DNA of 64,000 nucleotides from Blepharisma stoltei ATCC 30299 (lineage: Eukaryota > Protista > Ciliophora). The translations under genes were made by a program, and so were the position numbers. The notes below the pieces were generated by a model. It did not search any database and was not told where the DNA came from. It saw only the letters and a list, made by a program, of their open reading frames with translations. The stretch lies in contig CBFDEM010000012.1 of the NCBI GenBank assembly GCA_965603825.1, forward strand, positions 682,001 through 746,000. The letters run 5' to 3'. Each line of letters opens with the position of its first letter. Position 1 is the first letter of the stretch. Shown here piece by piece: positions 50,353 to 62,454 of this stretch.

Positions 50353-51081
50353 TTAATAATTAAGCTTATCATATAAAATATTCGCTACGACATATTCATG
50401 GCCATAGGGATAATTTATATCTTCTCTCCTCTCTGCTAAGAATTCAGGCGTAACCTCTGCACCTTCAGGCCAAGCATCTTGAAAAGTAGACCAATGCTCA
50501 GCCAGCTCCTCCTTAGACATTTTATTTCCTTTTGGAATAAATTTTAGTGGCGGCCCATCACCTCCAAGTATCATAATATTTTCCCCATTTTCAAGCATTT
50601 CTGTCATAATTCTGATACTTGGTAAATTTTCTACACATTTTCTGTATAAATTTATATAATATTCTCTGCTATCTTTATAGCTGATAATTTCTCCATCCCA
50701 ATAAGCTCCAATTGGTTTTAATTTTCTCGCTCCTGGCATATGTCGATGGCCTTTTTTTACTTTTGCCCACTTTTTTCTTCACTTTAAAAATTTTTTGGTC
50801 ACAACCCAGCGCCCATTTTTCTTTTCACAGTGTCCAAATTCTCGGTAAACTTTTTGGCATTGTCAAGCATTTTCGAAATTTTCATATAAAATTCCATCAA
50901 TTTCAACCTTTAAATTGCCTTTTAATGGAGATAATTCTTTTGCATAGGCAACCTCTTTGGTTATTGGAGAAACCAGCTTATTATTACTTCCACTTGTGGC
51001 GTCAATGTTTTTATAGCCATCGTAAACAGGATTTTTAACACCTTTAATGCCACGTGGTCTTTTGGCTCCAACTCTTATCAT
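50353..51081 (-). CDS. Orphan protein (242 aa) resembling giant-virus/bacterial hypothetical proteins (DUF6939-like)
   Basis: Two track ORFs join through two TGA; LSP, NFENAWQCQKVY, YINLY, DGP and PYGH motifs; family assignment from memory only. Confidence 0.6.
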
Positions 51082-51159
51082 CTTGACTATAATAGGTGGA
51101 ATCAGAAAATGATTTATTCTATCATAAATGGATAAATATATAAAAAGATTAATCTTCAA

Positions 51160-51840
51160 ATGGGAGGTGGATGTACATGTCAAAGCTCAAGTCGTGACAG
51201 AATTAAAATTCAAAAAGTTGGGAATTTTATGATAAGTATTTATGGTATTTTCTATATAGAAAATAAAACAGTCGGAAAAGGCTGCAAACGAACACTTGCA
51301 TGGGAAACTTCATGCACCCCTGAAGAAGTTCAAAAGAAAATTGAGGAGTTTTGGGATACGAGAGTGACTGGAGATCCTGTTGGCTGAATAACATTGAAAA
51401 TGGCTTGTGATGAGCCTGATGCTAATGCAGCGCAGCAGATAATTCAATCTGCTGGGATGAATTTGTTTGAAGGGTCACTGTCAATTACATTTGATGCGCT
51501 TGGAAATCGGTATGATCTCCCTCCTTTTGTAATCAACCCACCTGTGAAATATGGGACACCTAAATCTTCACAATTGATTTTAGCTGGAAATGAAGTATGA
51601 GAACTTTCATTGAGGTGCCCAAAATTTGATAAAGATTTAGTAGCGACTGTAAATTCTTCTGACAAAGTAGAGAGTCTTAAAAGTTTCTTTGCGGACACCC
51701 ATAAAATTGAGCTAAAGGCTGTAAGGATGTTTTATAATGGAAAAGAGCTTAAGAATGGAGATTTATTATGCAATTATAAGCTTCAAAATAAAAGTGTCCT
51801 GAATGTTTTTTTGCCAGCTCTAGTGCAAAATGAAGGGTAA
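51160..51840 (+). CDS. Ubiquitin domain-containing protein (DC-UbP, UBTD1/2-like)
   Basis: EEFWDTRVTGDPVGW(TGA)..LK.AC, DALGNRYDLPPF..NPP, C-terminal UBL; possible intron 51245-51259. Confidence 0.88.
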
Positions 51841-52199
51841 ATAATTTTTGAAAGTAATTTAATAGAAGTTTATATGATAGCATTGGGCTCTATTATACCT
51901 GTCTTCTTTTTTTATGATTTTTAGAAACATAATTTATAATAAGGAATATTCCTCGAATTTTAATATAAAATTTATTGAAAATATTAAGTAATTTTAATTA
52001 AAATTTAAACTGATTTTTAATTAAAAATTTCTGTTTCAAATATAAACTAAATCAAAATAATTTTTTCAGTATTTTAATAACCTCAGACTAAAAGAAGAAA
52101 AAATGTTTGGAATAATTTTTATAAAGATAAATTAAAGAATTCTCCTCTTTTTTATAGTAAAAATTCCACATCTTTTATCCATGCTTTTACCTTATAAAT

Positions 52200-52829
52200 A
52201 TGAAGCCACAATCGGTGATTATTTTAGCACTTGCAGTCATTGCTGTGAACGCCACTTTGGGGACTGATGTATCCACTGCTGTGTCAACAAGCGAATGGAG
52301 CTGCTTGAAAAGTAACTCAAGAGTATTCACGATTATCCGCGGTTACCAAAGCGTTGGAAGAGTTGATCCTAACGTTGTGCAAAACATTAAGAACGCAAGA
52401 GCAGGTGGGCAAGCTGATGTAGATGTATATATTTTCCCTTGTGTTAACTGTGGAAATCCAGCAGGCCAAGCTGAAGCTTTAGTTAGTGCAATTAAAGGTC
52501 AAAATTATGGAATGATTTGGATTGATGTTGAAGTTTATCAATGGTCAAGCAGCCTGACTTCTAACCAAGCATTCATCACAACAATGGCTAATACACTTAG
52601 GAATCTTGGACAGCACGTTGGAATCTATACAAGCTACTATAATTGGCAAAGCATTGTTGGACTCAGTTGGAGTGGAGTTTCCTGGGCACCTCTTTGGTAC
52701 GCTCACTATGACAACAACCCAAGCTTCAGTGATTTCCAAGCATTCGGTGGATGGAAAAGCCCAGCCATGAAGCAATACAACGGATCCAGCACCATCTGTG
52801 GAGTTGGCGTTGATCTTGATTGGTACTAA
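52200..52829 (+). CDS. GH25 protist-type (Entamoeba Lys-like) lysozyme, secreted
   Basis: Signal peptide, GTDVS, IIRGYQS.G.VD, WIDVE, GIYT, PLWYAHYD, KQY. Confidence 0.92.
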   Translation: MKPQSVIILALAVIAVNATLGTDVSTAVSTSEWSCLKSNSRVFTIIRGYQSVGRVDPNVVQNIKNARAGGQADVDVYIFPCVNCGNPAGQAEALVSAIKGQNYGMIWIDVEVYQWSSSLTSNQAFITTMANTLRNLGQHVGIYTSYYNWQSIVGLSWSGVSWAPLWYAHYDNNPSFSDFQAFGGWKSPAMKQYNGSSTICGVGVDLDWY

Positions 52830-53139
52830 GACTTCTTAATTATCATTTCGACTTAAATTTGTATAAAAATTTTATTTTTACATTCAGAAACATATATTAT
52901 TTCTATCTTCATTAATACCCAGCTTTCACGCATTTCCCACATAATTAATTTTTTAATTTTAAACTCTCCATCTTAATTTACAACTAAAACTCAAAATAAA
53001 TTATTCCCCAAATTTATACTGCCTATTTTTCCCTTTCCACCAATCAATCTCTATCCTTATTCCGTCTAAATTTTATTAATATTCCATGTGGAATTATACC
53101 ATTTCATGTTTTAATTCTTCAGAAAATTGGTGAATAAAT

Positions 53140-53769
53140 ATGAAGTCGCAAGCACTGATTATTTTAGCTCTTACAGTTATTGCTGTAAACGCCACTTTGG
53201 GGACTGATGTCTCAACTGCAGTATCTGCAAGCCAATGGAGCTGCTTGAAAAGTAACTCAAGAGTATTTACAATTATCCGTGGGTATCAAAGTTTCGGACA
53301 AGTTGACCCTAACGTTGTGAATAATATTAAAAATGCAAGAGCAGGAGGCCAAGCTGATGTAGACGTATATATTTTCCCTTGTGTTACCTGTGGAAATCCA
53401 GCAGGACAAGCTACAGCACTAGTTGATGCTATTAGAGGGCAAAATTATGGAATGGTTTGGATTGATATTGAAGTGTATCAATGGTCAAGCAGCTTAACTT
53501 CCAATCAAGCTTTTATTACAACAATGGCCAATACACTTAAAAATCTTGGACAGCATGTCGGAATTTATACAAGCTACTATAACTGGCAAAGCATTGTAGG
53601 GCTCAGCTGGAGTGGAGTTTCCTGGGCACCTCTTTGGTATGCTCATTATGACAATAACCCAAGCTTCAGTGATTTCCAAGCTTTCGGAGGCTGGTCAAGC
53701 CCTGCTATGAAGCAGTATAACGGATCCAGCACCATTTGTGGAGTTGGAGTAGATCTCGATTGGTATTAA
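53140..53769 (+). CDS. GH25 lysozyme, close tandem paralog of 52200
   Basis: Same length and motifs; many synonymous differences. Confidence 0.92.
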   Translation: MKSQALIILALTVIAVNATLGTDVSTAVSASQWSCLKSNSRVFTIIRGYQSFGQVDPNVVNNIKNARAGGQADVDVYIFPCVTCGNPAGQATALVDAIRGQNYGMVWIDIEVYQWSSSLTSNQAFITTMANTLKNLGQHVGIYTSYYNWQSIVGLSWSGVSWAPLWYAHYDNNPSFSDFQAFGGWSSPAMKQYNGSSTICGVGVDLDWY

Positions 53770-53868
53770 GCTAAACGAATTTAAATTAGATAATGGATTT
53801 TATTTTAAATTAAATTTTATGAGAGTTTTATTTTATTTTTTATCAATAAAGTTAAGGTTAGTTAAATA

Positions 53869-55318
53869 ATGAAAATTAAAATACAAGCTTATCCAGCTGG
53901 CTTGAGTTCTGACTCAAAAATATTCACCAAAACTGAGTTCAAGCCAGACCAAATCAGTGAAATGCGCTGGATCTCTTGCCTCAAGGCAAGCTACTTTTTG
54001 AGCTCCTTGCACAAAAATAGTCCAGAAATGCTAACGTTCGCTCACCACAGGGAGAACAGGCTGTTCATACAACCATTTAATATATTAAAATTCAAGTTTA
54101 ATCTGTGTCAAAATGCATTAGAATTTTTTGTAACGATAGATGATAAAAACACAATTAAAACGTTGGTGAAAATATTCAAAAACTTATTTTTTTGCTCAAT
54201 GATATCAATAGAAATCCAAGAAAAATAAGCAATAATTTTAGTGTTGAATCAACCTCTAACTAAAAAACAAAATACTTACTCCCTATAAGATGGAGCTTAA
54301 AACTCAGAATTCTCTCAAACTGCTTCATTCTCAGCTTAACTCAGATCGAGAAAAGAATGAAGGTTGAATCATTCAATATCAATTTAATACAATTCTTGAT
54401 AATCAATTATTAGATCCTCAAGACTTAAAAGCAAAAACATCTGTGATTTTAAGCAGCGCCAACAGTCCTGAAATAGAGTGAGATTACAGGAGAACTTGCT
54501 CATTATATGAAAAACAGAGTTCTGCTTCTGCTCTGGATCTCCAAGAAGCTTTCCAAGGATACTTAAATGCTTATCACCAAATTTCATCTCTATATCTTAT
54601 TAGAGAAGCCAACAAGAAAGCTAATTTATGTATTTATAACACTGAAAGTGAAAAAGAGATAAGAAAACCTTTGAAGTTTCCTAAGAAAGTCAACATAACC
54701 ACATGCATAGCTCAGCTTCCAAATGGTAAGCTATTCTGTTTTGGCGGGATTGCTTTTACAATTTCTGACGATTTCAGTGTTATAGAACTGCCACCTGGAA
54801 CACCATGCTACTTATCATCAGCTATATATTTCAGCAAGTCTGTATATTGTTTTGGAGGATCAGTTAATGGAATTTCAACTTCAGCTTTCTCAGAAAGGTT
54901 TGACTTAGATAAAAATCGATGATTTAAATTACCCCCAATGATGTAACGTGACTTCTGCTGCCACTGTATAGTCATTAAGAGGAACATTTTGATTGCTGGG
55001 GAAAAGAAAAATCTTATGCTATTTTCAGTTGACCTAGACTCTTTCTCTATAATTTCATATGAATTTAACTTAGTCAGAAAGATTCTAATAAATACAGAAA
55101 GATTGTATATAATTGAATGTAAAATGGGATTTATTTATGAAAGCGAGGCAGAAGATGCATATGATTGGAAAAAAATAGCAAAATCAGGATTACACAATAA
55201 TCCTCTTCAAGTTTCATGCACATATAAAGGAGGAATTTGCATAGGGTGCGTTCAAGATCATAGATACAATTACTGAAAGTTTAGCTTGGATATAAAAAAA
55301 GTAGTTGAACTATTATAG
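53869..55318 (+). pseudogene. Kelch/beta-propeller family pseudogene, copy 1
   Basis: LPNGKLFCFGG and VYCFGG motifs; premature TAA 54944-54946 (CAA in copy 2); broken 5' region. Confidence 0.7.
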
Positions 55319-55368
55319 CTTGCTTATTTATATAAAATAAATTCGATAATAATACTTTGCCCACTTAG

Positions 55369-56590
55369 AATTTTTTTAATGATAGATGATAAAAACACAA
55401 TTAAAATATTTACGTCATTTTGGTGAAAAATACTCAAAAACTTATTCTTTGTCTCAATGATATCAATAGAAATCCAAGAAAAATAAACAAATAATTTTAG
55501 TGTTGAATCAACCTCTAACTAAATACAAAATACTTACTCCCTATAAGATGGAGCTTAAAACTCAGAATTCTCTCAAATTGCTTCAATATCAGTTTAACCA
55601 GATCGAGAAAATAATGAAGGCGGAATCATTCAAAATCAGTTTAATACAATTGATAATCGATCATTGGATCCTCAAGACTTAAAAGCAAAAACATCTGTGA
55701 TTTTAAGCAGCGTCAACAGTCCTGAAATAGAGTGAGATTACAGGAGAACTTGCTCATTATATGAAAAACAGAGTTCTGCTTCTGCCCTGGATCTCCAAGA
55801 AGCTTTTCAAGGACATGTAAATGCTTATCACCAAATTGCTTCTTTATATCTTATTAGAGAAGTCAACAAGAGAGCTAATTTATTTATCTATGACACTGAA
55901 AGTGAAAAAGAGATAAGAAAACCTTTGAATTTTTCTAAGAAAATCGACAACACTACATGCATAGCTCGACTTCCAAATGGTAAGCTATTCTGTTTTGGCA
56001 GAAGAAAGCCTTCTGGGATTGCTTTTATAATTTCTGACGATTTCAGTGTTAGAGAACTGCCCACAGGAACGCCACGCTATTTATCATCAGCTATATATTT
56101 CAACAAGTCTGTATATTGTTTTGGAGGATCAGTTAATGGAATTTCAACTTCAACTTTCTCAGAAAGGTTTGACTTGGATAAAAATCAATGATTTAAATTA
56201 CCCCCAATGATGCAACGTGACTACTGCTGCCATTCTGTAGTATTTAAGAGGAACATTTTGATTGCTGGTGCACAGAAAAATCTTATGCTATTTTCAGCTT
56301 TCTTAGACTCTTTCACTATAATTCCATATGAATTTAACATAGCCAGAAAGATTCTTATAAATACAGAAAGATTGTATATAATTGAATGTGAAATGGGATT
56401 TATTTATGAAAGCGAGGTAGAAGATGTATATGCTTTGAAAAAAATAGCAAAATCAGGATTACGCCATTATCCTCTTCAAGTTTCATGCACATATAATAAA
56501 GGAGGAATTTACATAGGGTGCATTCAAAATCCTAGATACAATTACTGAAAGTTTAGTTTGGATATAAAAAAAGTCGATGAAATATTATAG
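55369..56590 (+). pseudogene. Kelch/beta-propeller family pseudogene, copy 2 (5'-truncated tandem duplicate)
   Basis: Duplicates ~54119-55346; 1-nt deletion near 55598 relative to copy 1. Confidence 0.7.
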
Positions 56591-57447
56591 CTTGCATATT
56601 TATATAAAATAAGTTCGATAATAATACTTTGCCCACTTATATTTATTTTGCTTACTTGAAATTAATTCTATACAATCAACTTCTCTCTCAATTAAGAAAT
56701 TGCTAATTCTGCATTTTGGCTGTTTCTTTTCATCCATACACTTATTTAGCACCTCAGGATTTTTAGAAGAAATTTTTTATTATCTGAAGCTTTTTTTAAA
56801 AAATTGTCCTTTCCTGCGATATAGAATTTTTTGGTAGAAATTTTATGTGCCTTTGTTTTAATGCTTTGTTATTAAAATTATAATTCTTAGGCTAATTCTT
56901 TTAAATCCTAAACAATTTGTATCGAAATTAAATTGCCAAGCTTGACAAATTTAGGGAAAAAAATTTAACACCTAAGTGCAGATACTAAATTGAGTGCTAA
57001 AACCAATTTTAAGAAAAATGAAAAAAAATAGCAAATCTTGTTGAAATACGTAATAATTATTTTATTGACACTAATGATTCGAGTTCACATTGCTTTAAAA
57101 CTATATTTCTGTGCTGTATTTCTTACTAAATGTAAAAAAGGGATTTAAATAGTCTACTAGCTATATTTAATAGATTAAAACCTTGATAGAAGCTAATATC
57201 AATGGATTGATGATACTGATTGCTTCACTTATCTGATTGCTAAATACTTCTAAATAAAGGAGCTGGATGTTTAATTTCTTCAGCCATGCACCTTTTTGTG
57301 CATTCCAAATGAGCTAAATAAGGAAATATAAAGTTAAAATGCTAATTGAAATAAAAATTATATTCATATCATTAAGAATTATTAAAAAAAGCTGCATTGA
57401 ACTAGAGATTTAAGATTATATATTAATAGGAGTATAAATTATAAAAT

Positions 57448-58923
57448 ATGAGCACCACGAGATGCTATAAACCAGGGTGTAATCAAGAAGTTGAGATTTC
57501 ATGCAGCTGCACTTCTCCTGAGATCTATTCTTGCAATGAGCACTTAAAGGAGCATTGCACATCTAAAGGCAACCATAATTTCGACTCAATATTTTATGAG
57601 CCTGCTGAAAGCACAAAAATAGCGATCTCTAGCCTTCTTGCAGAAGAAAGTCAAAATATTGAGAAAATTAAAAGAGATATTATTACTACCTTTTATCAAA
57701 CTCTTTTAACCTATGAAAATATTTTTAAAAAAACTCTAAAAGAAATCGACTCTGATATTACAAAAATGCACAGTTCTGCTGAAAAAATCTCTCAAGTAAA
57801 AAGGCTATCAAAATTCGAGAAAGATGCAGATTTAAATTTACTAGCTTTGCAGCCAAATGAAGCTGCTAAGATAGCTAAAAAAATTTTACAGAGAAATCAA
57901 ATAAAAATTTCGAGCTGTTCTGCGAAATGGGAGGGAAGATTAATAAAATTTTTCGAAGTTTTGATGAAAAAATCTAGATACACTTCAAGTGAAATAATGT
58001 TTGGATTGAAAAGTCTTGAAGAGCGTCTGAACTTTGAGAAAGAGCTAATGGATATATATTCTGAGTTAAATATATATAAAAATATGCTTAGAGTTGATCC
58101 AACTAATGTGAATGCATACAATTGCATGGAAATATCTTCCACAATGAAAAGAGATGTGAAGAAGCATTACAATATTATAACGATGCAATTAGATTTGATG
58201 CAAATAAAACAATTTACCATAATAATAAAGGACATGCTCTTAAAGAGCTAGGCAAAAGTGATGAAGCACTGGTCAGCTATCACGAAGCCATCAGCATTAA
58301 GCAAGATAATTCTGATTCGTACAATGGCATAGGACTTATCTTCTATGAAGAAAAGGGATATGAAGAAGCATTACAATATTACAATAAAGCAATAGAATTT
58401 GATCCTAATAGAAGAATTTATCATAAAAATAAAGGAGATGCTCTTAAACAGTTAGACAAAAAAGATGAAGCTATAAAATGCTATCAAGAAGCTGTCAGAA
58501 TTGATCCAAATACTGCTAATGCATACAATTGAATGGGAATTATCTCCTATGATAAGGGAGAGTATAATGAAGCACTAGAATATTACAACATTGCAATTAA
58601 CATTGATCCAAATGTAACACTTTATCTTAAAAACAAAGGAGATGCATTTGCCAAGTTATCTAAAAGAGATGAGGCAATGGAATGCTATCAAAAAGCTATC
58701 GAAGTTGATCCATATAATGCTGATGCATACAATTGCATAGGAACTCTCTTACATTATAAGGGACAGTATGAAACAGCGTTAGAATATTACTGTGTGGGCG
58801 ATTGAAATAAATCCGTACTGTGCGGATTATTATATAAATAAAGGAAATACTTTTTTAAGATTAGGCAGAAAAAAAGAAGCTAAAGAGTGTTATAAAGAGG
58901 TTGAGAGAATTAATCCAAATTAA
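57448..58923 (+). pseudogene. Zn-binding N-terminus + coiled coil + TPR-repeat protein with two frameshifts (pseudogene or assembly errors)
   Basis: RCYKPGC..CSC..CNEH..H; TPR units AYN..G....EEAL.YY..AI..DP; -1 near 58127 and +1 near 58797. Confidence 0.65.
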
Positions 58924-59172
58924 GATAATGCTCTTGAAAGTTAAACAGACTCATCTTTCTGATAAATTATAAAATATTTTAAATATACTAAGCCAGGTCT
59001 TAAATTTTATTATAAGCATTAATTAAAAAAAACTATCTATAATTAAGATCATTATTTCCTTGAAGGCTAAACTAATAGTAAAAAATGCTGCCTGTCGTGA
59101 TCAGATCCTTATATAATGATAAAAATAGGATGTTAAATAAACAATGCCAAAACCTTTATTGGCGAAATAAAT

Positions 59173-59805
59173 ATGGGAGGTAAGACTTTGATAATTTTAG
59201 CTCTAGGAATTATTGCAGTACAATCTATGAATATGATTGATACAGCTGCTTTAGGATCTTATACTCAGTGGCGTTGTATTGCCCAATCTGGAGTCCCAGC
59301 TGCCATTGTCAGAGGATACACGAGTTCTGGGAATGTAGACCCTAATGTTTACCAAAATATTCAAAATGCGTTTAGTGCTTCAATAGATGTCGGGGTTTAT
59401 ATGTTCCCATGCTTTCCCTGTGGAAATCCAGCCCAGCAAGCTCAAGATCTAGTTACCGCTCTTCAAGGCCAAACTTATAATTCTGTATGAATTGATGTGG
59501 AAACTTACCTGTGGTCTAGCAATGTACAAACAAATCAAGCTTTTATTACAACATTGGCAAATACATTGAAAAGTCTAGGACAAACAGTTGGAATTTACAC
59601 GAGCAGAACTGAATGGTCTACCATTGTAGGGCTTAATTGGAGTGGAGTATCATGGGCTGGCCTTTGGTATTATAATTATGATAATCAGCAAAACTTTAAT
59701 GATTTTCAACCATTTGGAGGATGGACTTCGGCTAGTATAAAACAGTATCATGGACTAACAAAGTCTAATTGTGGGATTTATGCCAACTCTGATTATTGGC
59801 CTTAA
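59173..59805 (+). CDS. GH25 lysozyme
   Basis: Two track ORFs joined by TGA encoding the W of WIDVE. Confidence 0.9.
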
Positions 59806-60563
59806 ATTAACACCTTCATCTAAAATATTAATTTGTTATAATTTTAATTAGAAATCATTTTAAGTTTTAAATAATAAAAATATATAAAATAAAGATAATT
59901 TAGAAGGGCTAGTAGACTTCTAATCCTTGAATATCTAAGCTTTACACACAATAAGCGATCTAATAGTTAAGATATTAGCTTGAGGGCCTAAAATGCACTT
60001 CTATTTAAGATTATTTATATTATTATTTTAAAATCTATGCTCTTAGCCTTTATTGAAATAATAAAACTTTTTTTTATTTGGTTATTTTAATCACTCCAAA
60101 AATTGAGCCTTGAGTTGAAAAATTAATTATTTTAAAAATAAAAATTTGATTAACTAATTACATCATTTTTGGTGAAAATATGAATACCTATTTTTGGCTC
60201 TAAAAAGATAGCTAGTTTAAATAGCCTAATTTAAATGAAATAAGAAAATATAATATTTAGCAAGCCTCTACCTATATAACTATACTCAGCCAAAGCATCT
60301 CAATTAAATAAAAATTAATTTCCCTCATAGTTTGTATAATTTTATTTTCTATCTAACAGATATGAAAAGATTTTATGATTTTCATTTTATTGATATACAA
60401 GCCCTGGGCTATACCGTGAAAGAATTTTCTGCCTAGGTTTCAAAGTTACTTAATCCAATTCGCTTGTGCAACTGGTCTGCATCTAACCGAGCCGTACAGA
60501 GAATCTGTGGAAGTAGAGACTTAATAAGATTTAGCTAATTTAATGATATTGGTGAGTAATAAA

Positions 60564-61193
60564 ATGAAGTTTCAATCATTCTTTATGCTGTTTCTCTCTG
60601 CAGCTATAGCAGCAAGTACAACATTAGGCACAGATTCATCAAATTTGGTGTCTAGTAGTGCTTGAAAATGCTTAGCAGGCTTGGGAAGAACATATGCGAT
60701 ACTAAGAGGATACCAAAGTTCAGGACTTTTGGACCCAAACGCAATACAAAATATAAAAAATGCAATTTCAGGTGGCCAAAAGCAGGTTGATGTTGTTCTT
60801 TATCCTTGTTTTCCTTGCGGCAATGCTCAGGGCCAAGCCACAGTTTTAGTAGATTCTCTTAGAGGCCAAAAGTATGCGAATATTTGGATTGCGGTCCAAG
60901 GTAGCCAATGGTCAAGCACAGTTGGGAATAACCAGCTCTTTTTCGAGGATATGGCAGATGCAATTTTAACTCTTGGTAAAAAATTTGGAATTTACACAAG
61001 TGCTAATGATTGGGGAAATATCATGGGTGACTATAGTTATTATTCAGGATCTCCTCTATGGTATTATCATTATAACAATGTTCAAAGCTTCAGCGATTTT
61101 CAACCTTTTTCTGGATGGACTGCTCCAACGCTAAAACAATATAACGCTTCAAGCACCCTTTGTGGAACTAACGTAGGGTTAGATTGGTCTTAA
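60564..61193 (+). CDS. GH25 lysozyme-like protein lacking the DxE motif
   Basis: ATG 60564, signal peptide, GTDSS, TGA=Trp at 60664-60666; WIAVQ in place of WIDVE. Confidence 0.85.
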
Positions 61194-61408
61194 AATCGAT
61201 ATTCCTAATTAATTGGATACACATAAGATTTTTTATTTTTCTTAGTGCTTTAACTCTTACAGATATAATAAATTTGGAAAATTATTTTTCCTAAGAGTAT
61301 TGAATTAATAGTAAAAAATCCTATCAGTCATGGCCAGAAAAATCACCTTATTTAATGCTAAAATAGGATCTTAAATAATGATGTCAATATCGTCACTGGT
61401 GAATAAAT

Positions 61409-62041
61409 ATGAGAGGTAAAGCTTTACTGATTTTAGCTTTTGCAGTCATCGTAGCGCAATCTTCACAAAGCGTTGATACAGCCGATCTAGGCTCTTTTAC
61501 TCAGTGGTATTGTATTGCCGAATATCAAATCCAATCTGCAATTGTCAGAGGTTACATGAGTTCTGGGAACGTAGACCCTAACGTTGTACCAAATATCCAA
61601 AACGCTGGAAACGCGTTTTTAACAGTCGGAGTATATATGTTCCCATGCTTTCCTTGCGGAAACCCAGCCAAGCAAGCTCAAGATCTAGTTACCGCTCTTA
61701 AAGGCCAAACTTATGATTCTATATGAATTGATGTGGAAACCTACCAATGGTCTAGCAATGTACAAGCAAATCAAGCGTTTATTACAACATTGGCAAATAC
61801 ACTCAAAAGTCTAGGACAAAGTGTTGGGATTTACACGAGCAGAGCTGAATGGTCTACCATTGTAGGGCTTAATTGGAGTGGAGTATCGTGGGCTGGCCTT
61901 TGGTATTACCACTATGATAATCAACAAAATTTTATGGACTTCCAGCCTTTCGGAGGATGGGAGATGGCTGACATGAAGCAGTATCATGGACTAACTAAGT
62001 CTACTTGTGGGATTTATGTCAACTCTGATTGGTGGCCTTAA
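61409..62041 (+). CDS. GH25 lysozyme, close paralog of 59173
   Basis: TGA at the W of WIDVE; upstream region shared with 59173. Confidence 0.9.
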
Positions 62042-62454
62042 AATAAAATCTTCCTTAAAAATTGAAAAAATTAAATTTCATAGCATTTTTTAAATTAGAA
62101 AATCTTTGGAGGTTTCTATAAGTTTTATAGAATTTTGCACGATTAAAAATAAGTAGGAGTTATGATAAATTTAGAAAGGTCTAGTCGAATTTTAATAGTA
62201 TTTTTATGGAAATTTTGTTGCGGTGAGCGTCTTAATATTCCAAATAATATACGCAAAGACTGAGTTTTTTTATTGAGGAATAATTTGGTATTCAATTTAA
62301 ATGCATTTATAGGCTGTTTTTATTTCCAAAGTTCTTATAAAAACAGAAGCCCTTCTTAAAATAGTAAAATTTCTTCTCTATATTCGGATAAAGAATTTCA
62401 TTTTCATTTTTGATTTTGATTTAAAAAATCTTTATAAATATAAATTATTATTAA

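Noticed and set aside
60400-60530. GC-richer patch upstream of lysozyme 60564 as a possible ncRNA
   Set aside because: No tRNA, snRNA or snoRNA hallmarks that I can support
836-62041. Mycoplasma/mitochondrial origin, selenoproteins, or mass pseudogenisation as the cause of in-frame TGA
   Set aside because: Eukaryotic nuclear genes with spliceosomal introns; TGA aligns to Trp, not Cys
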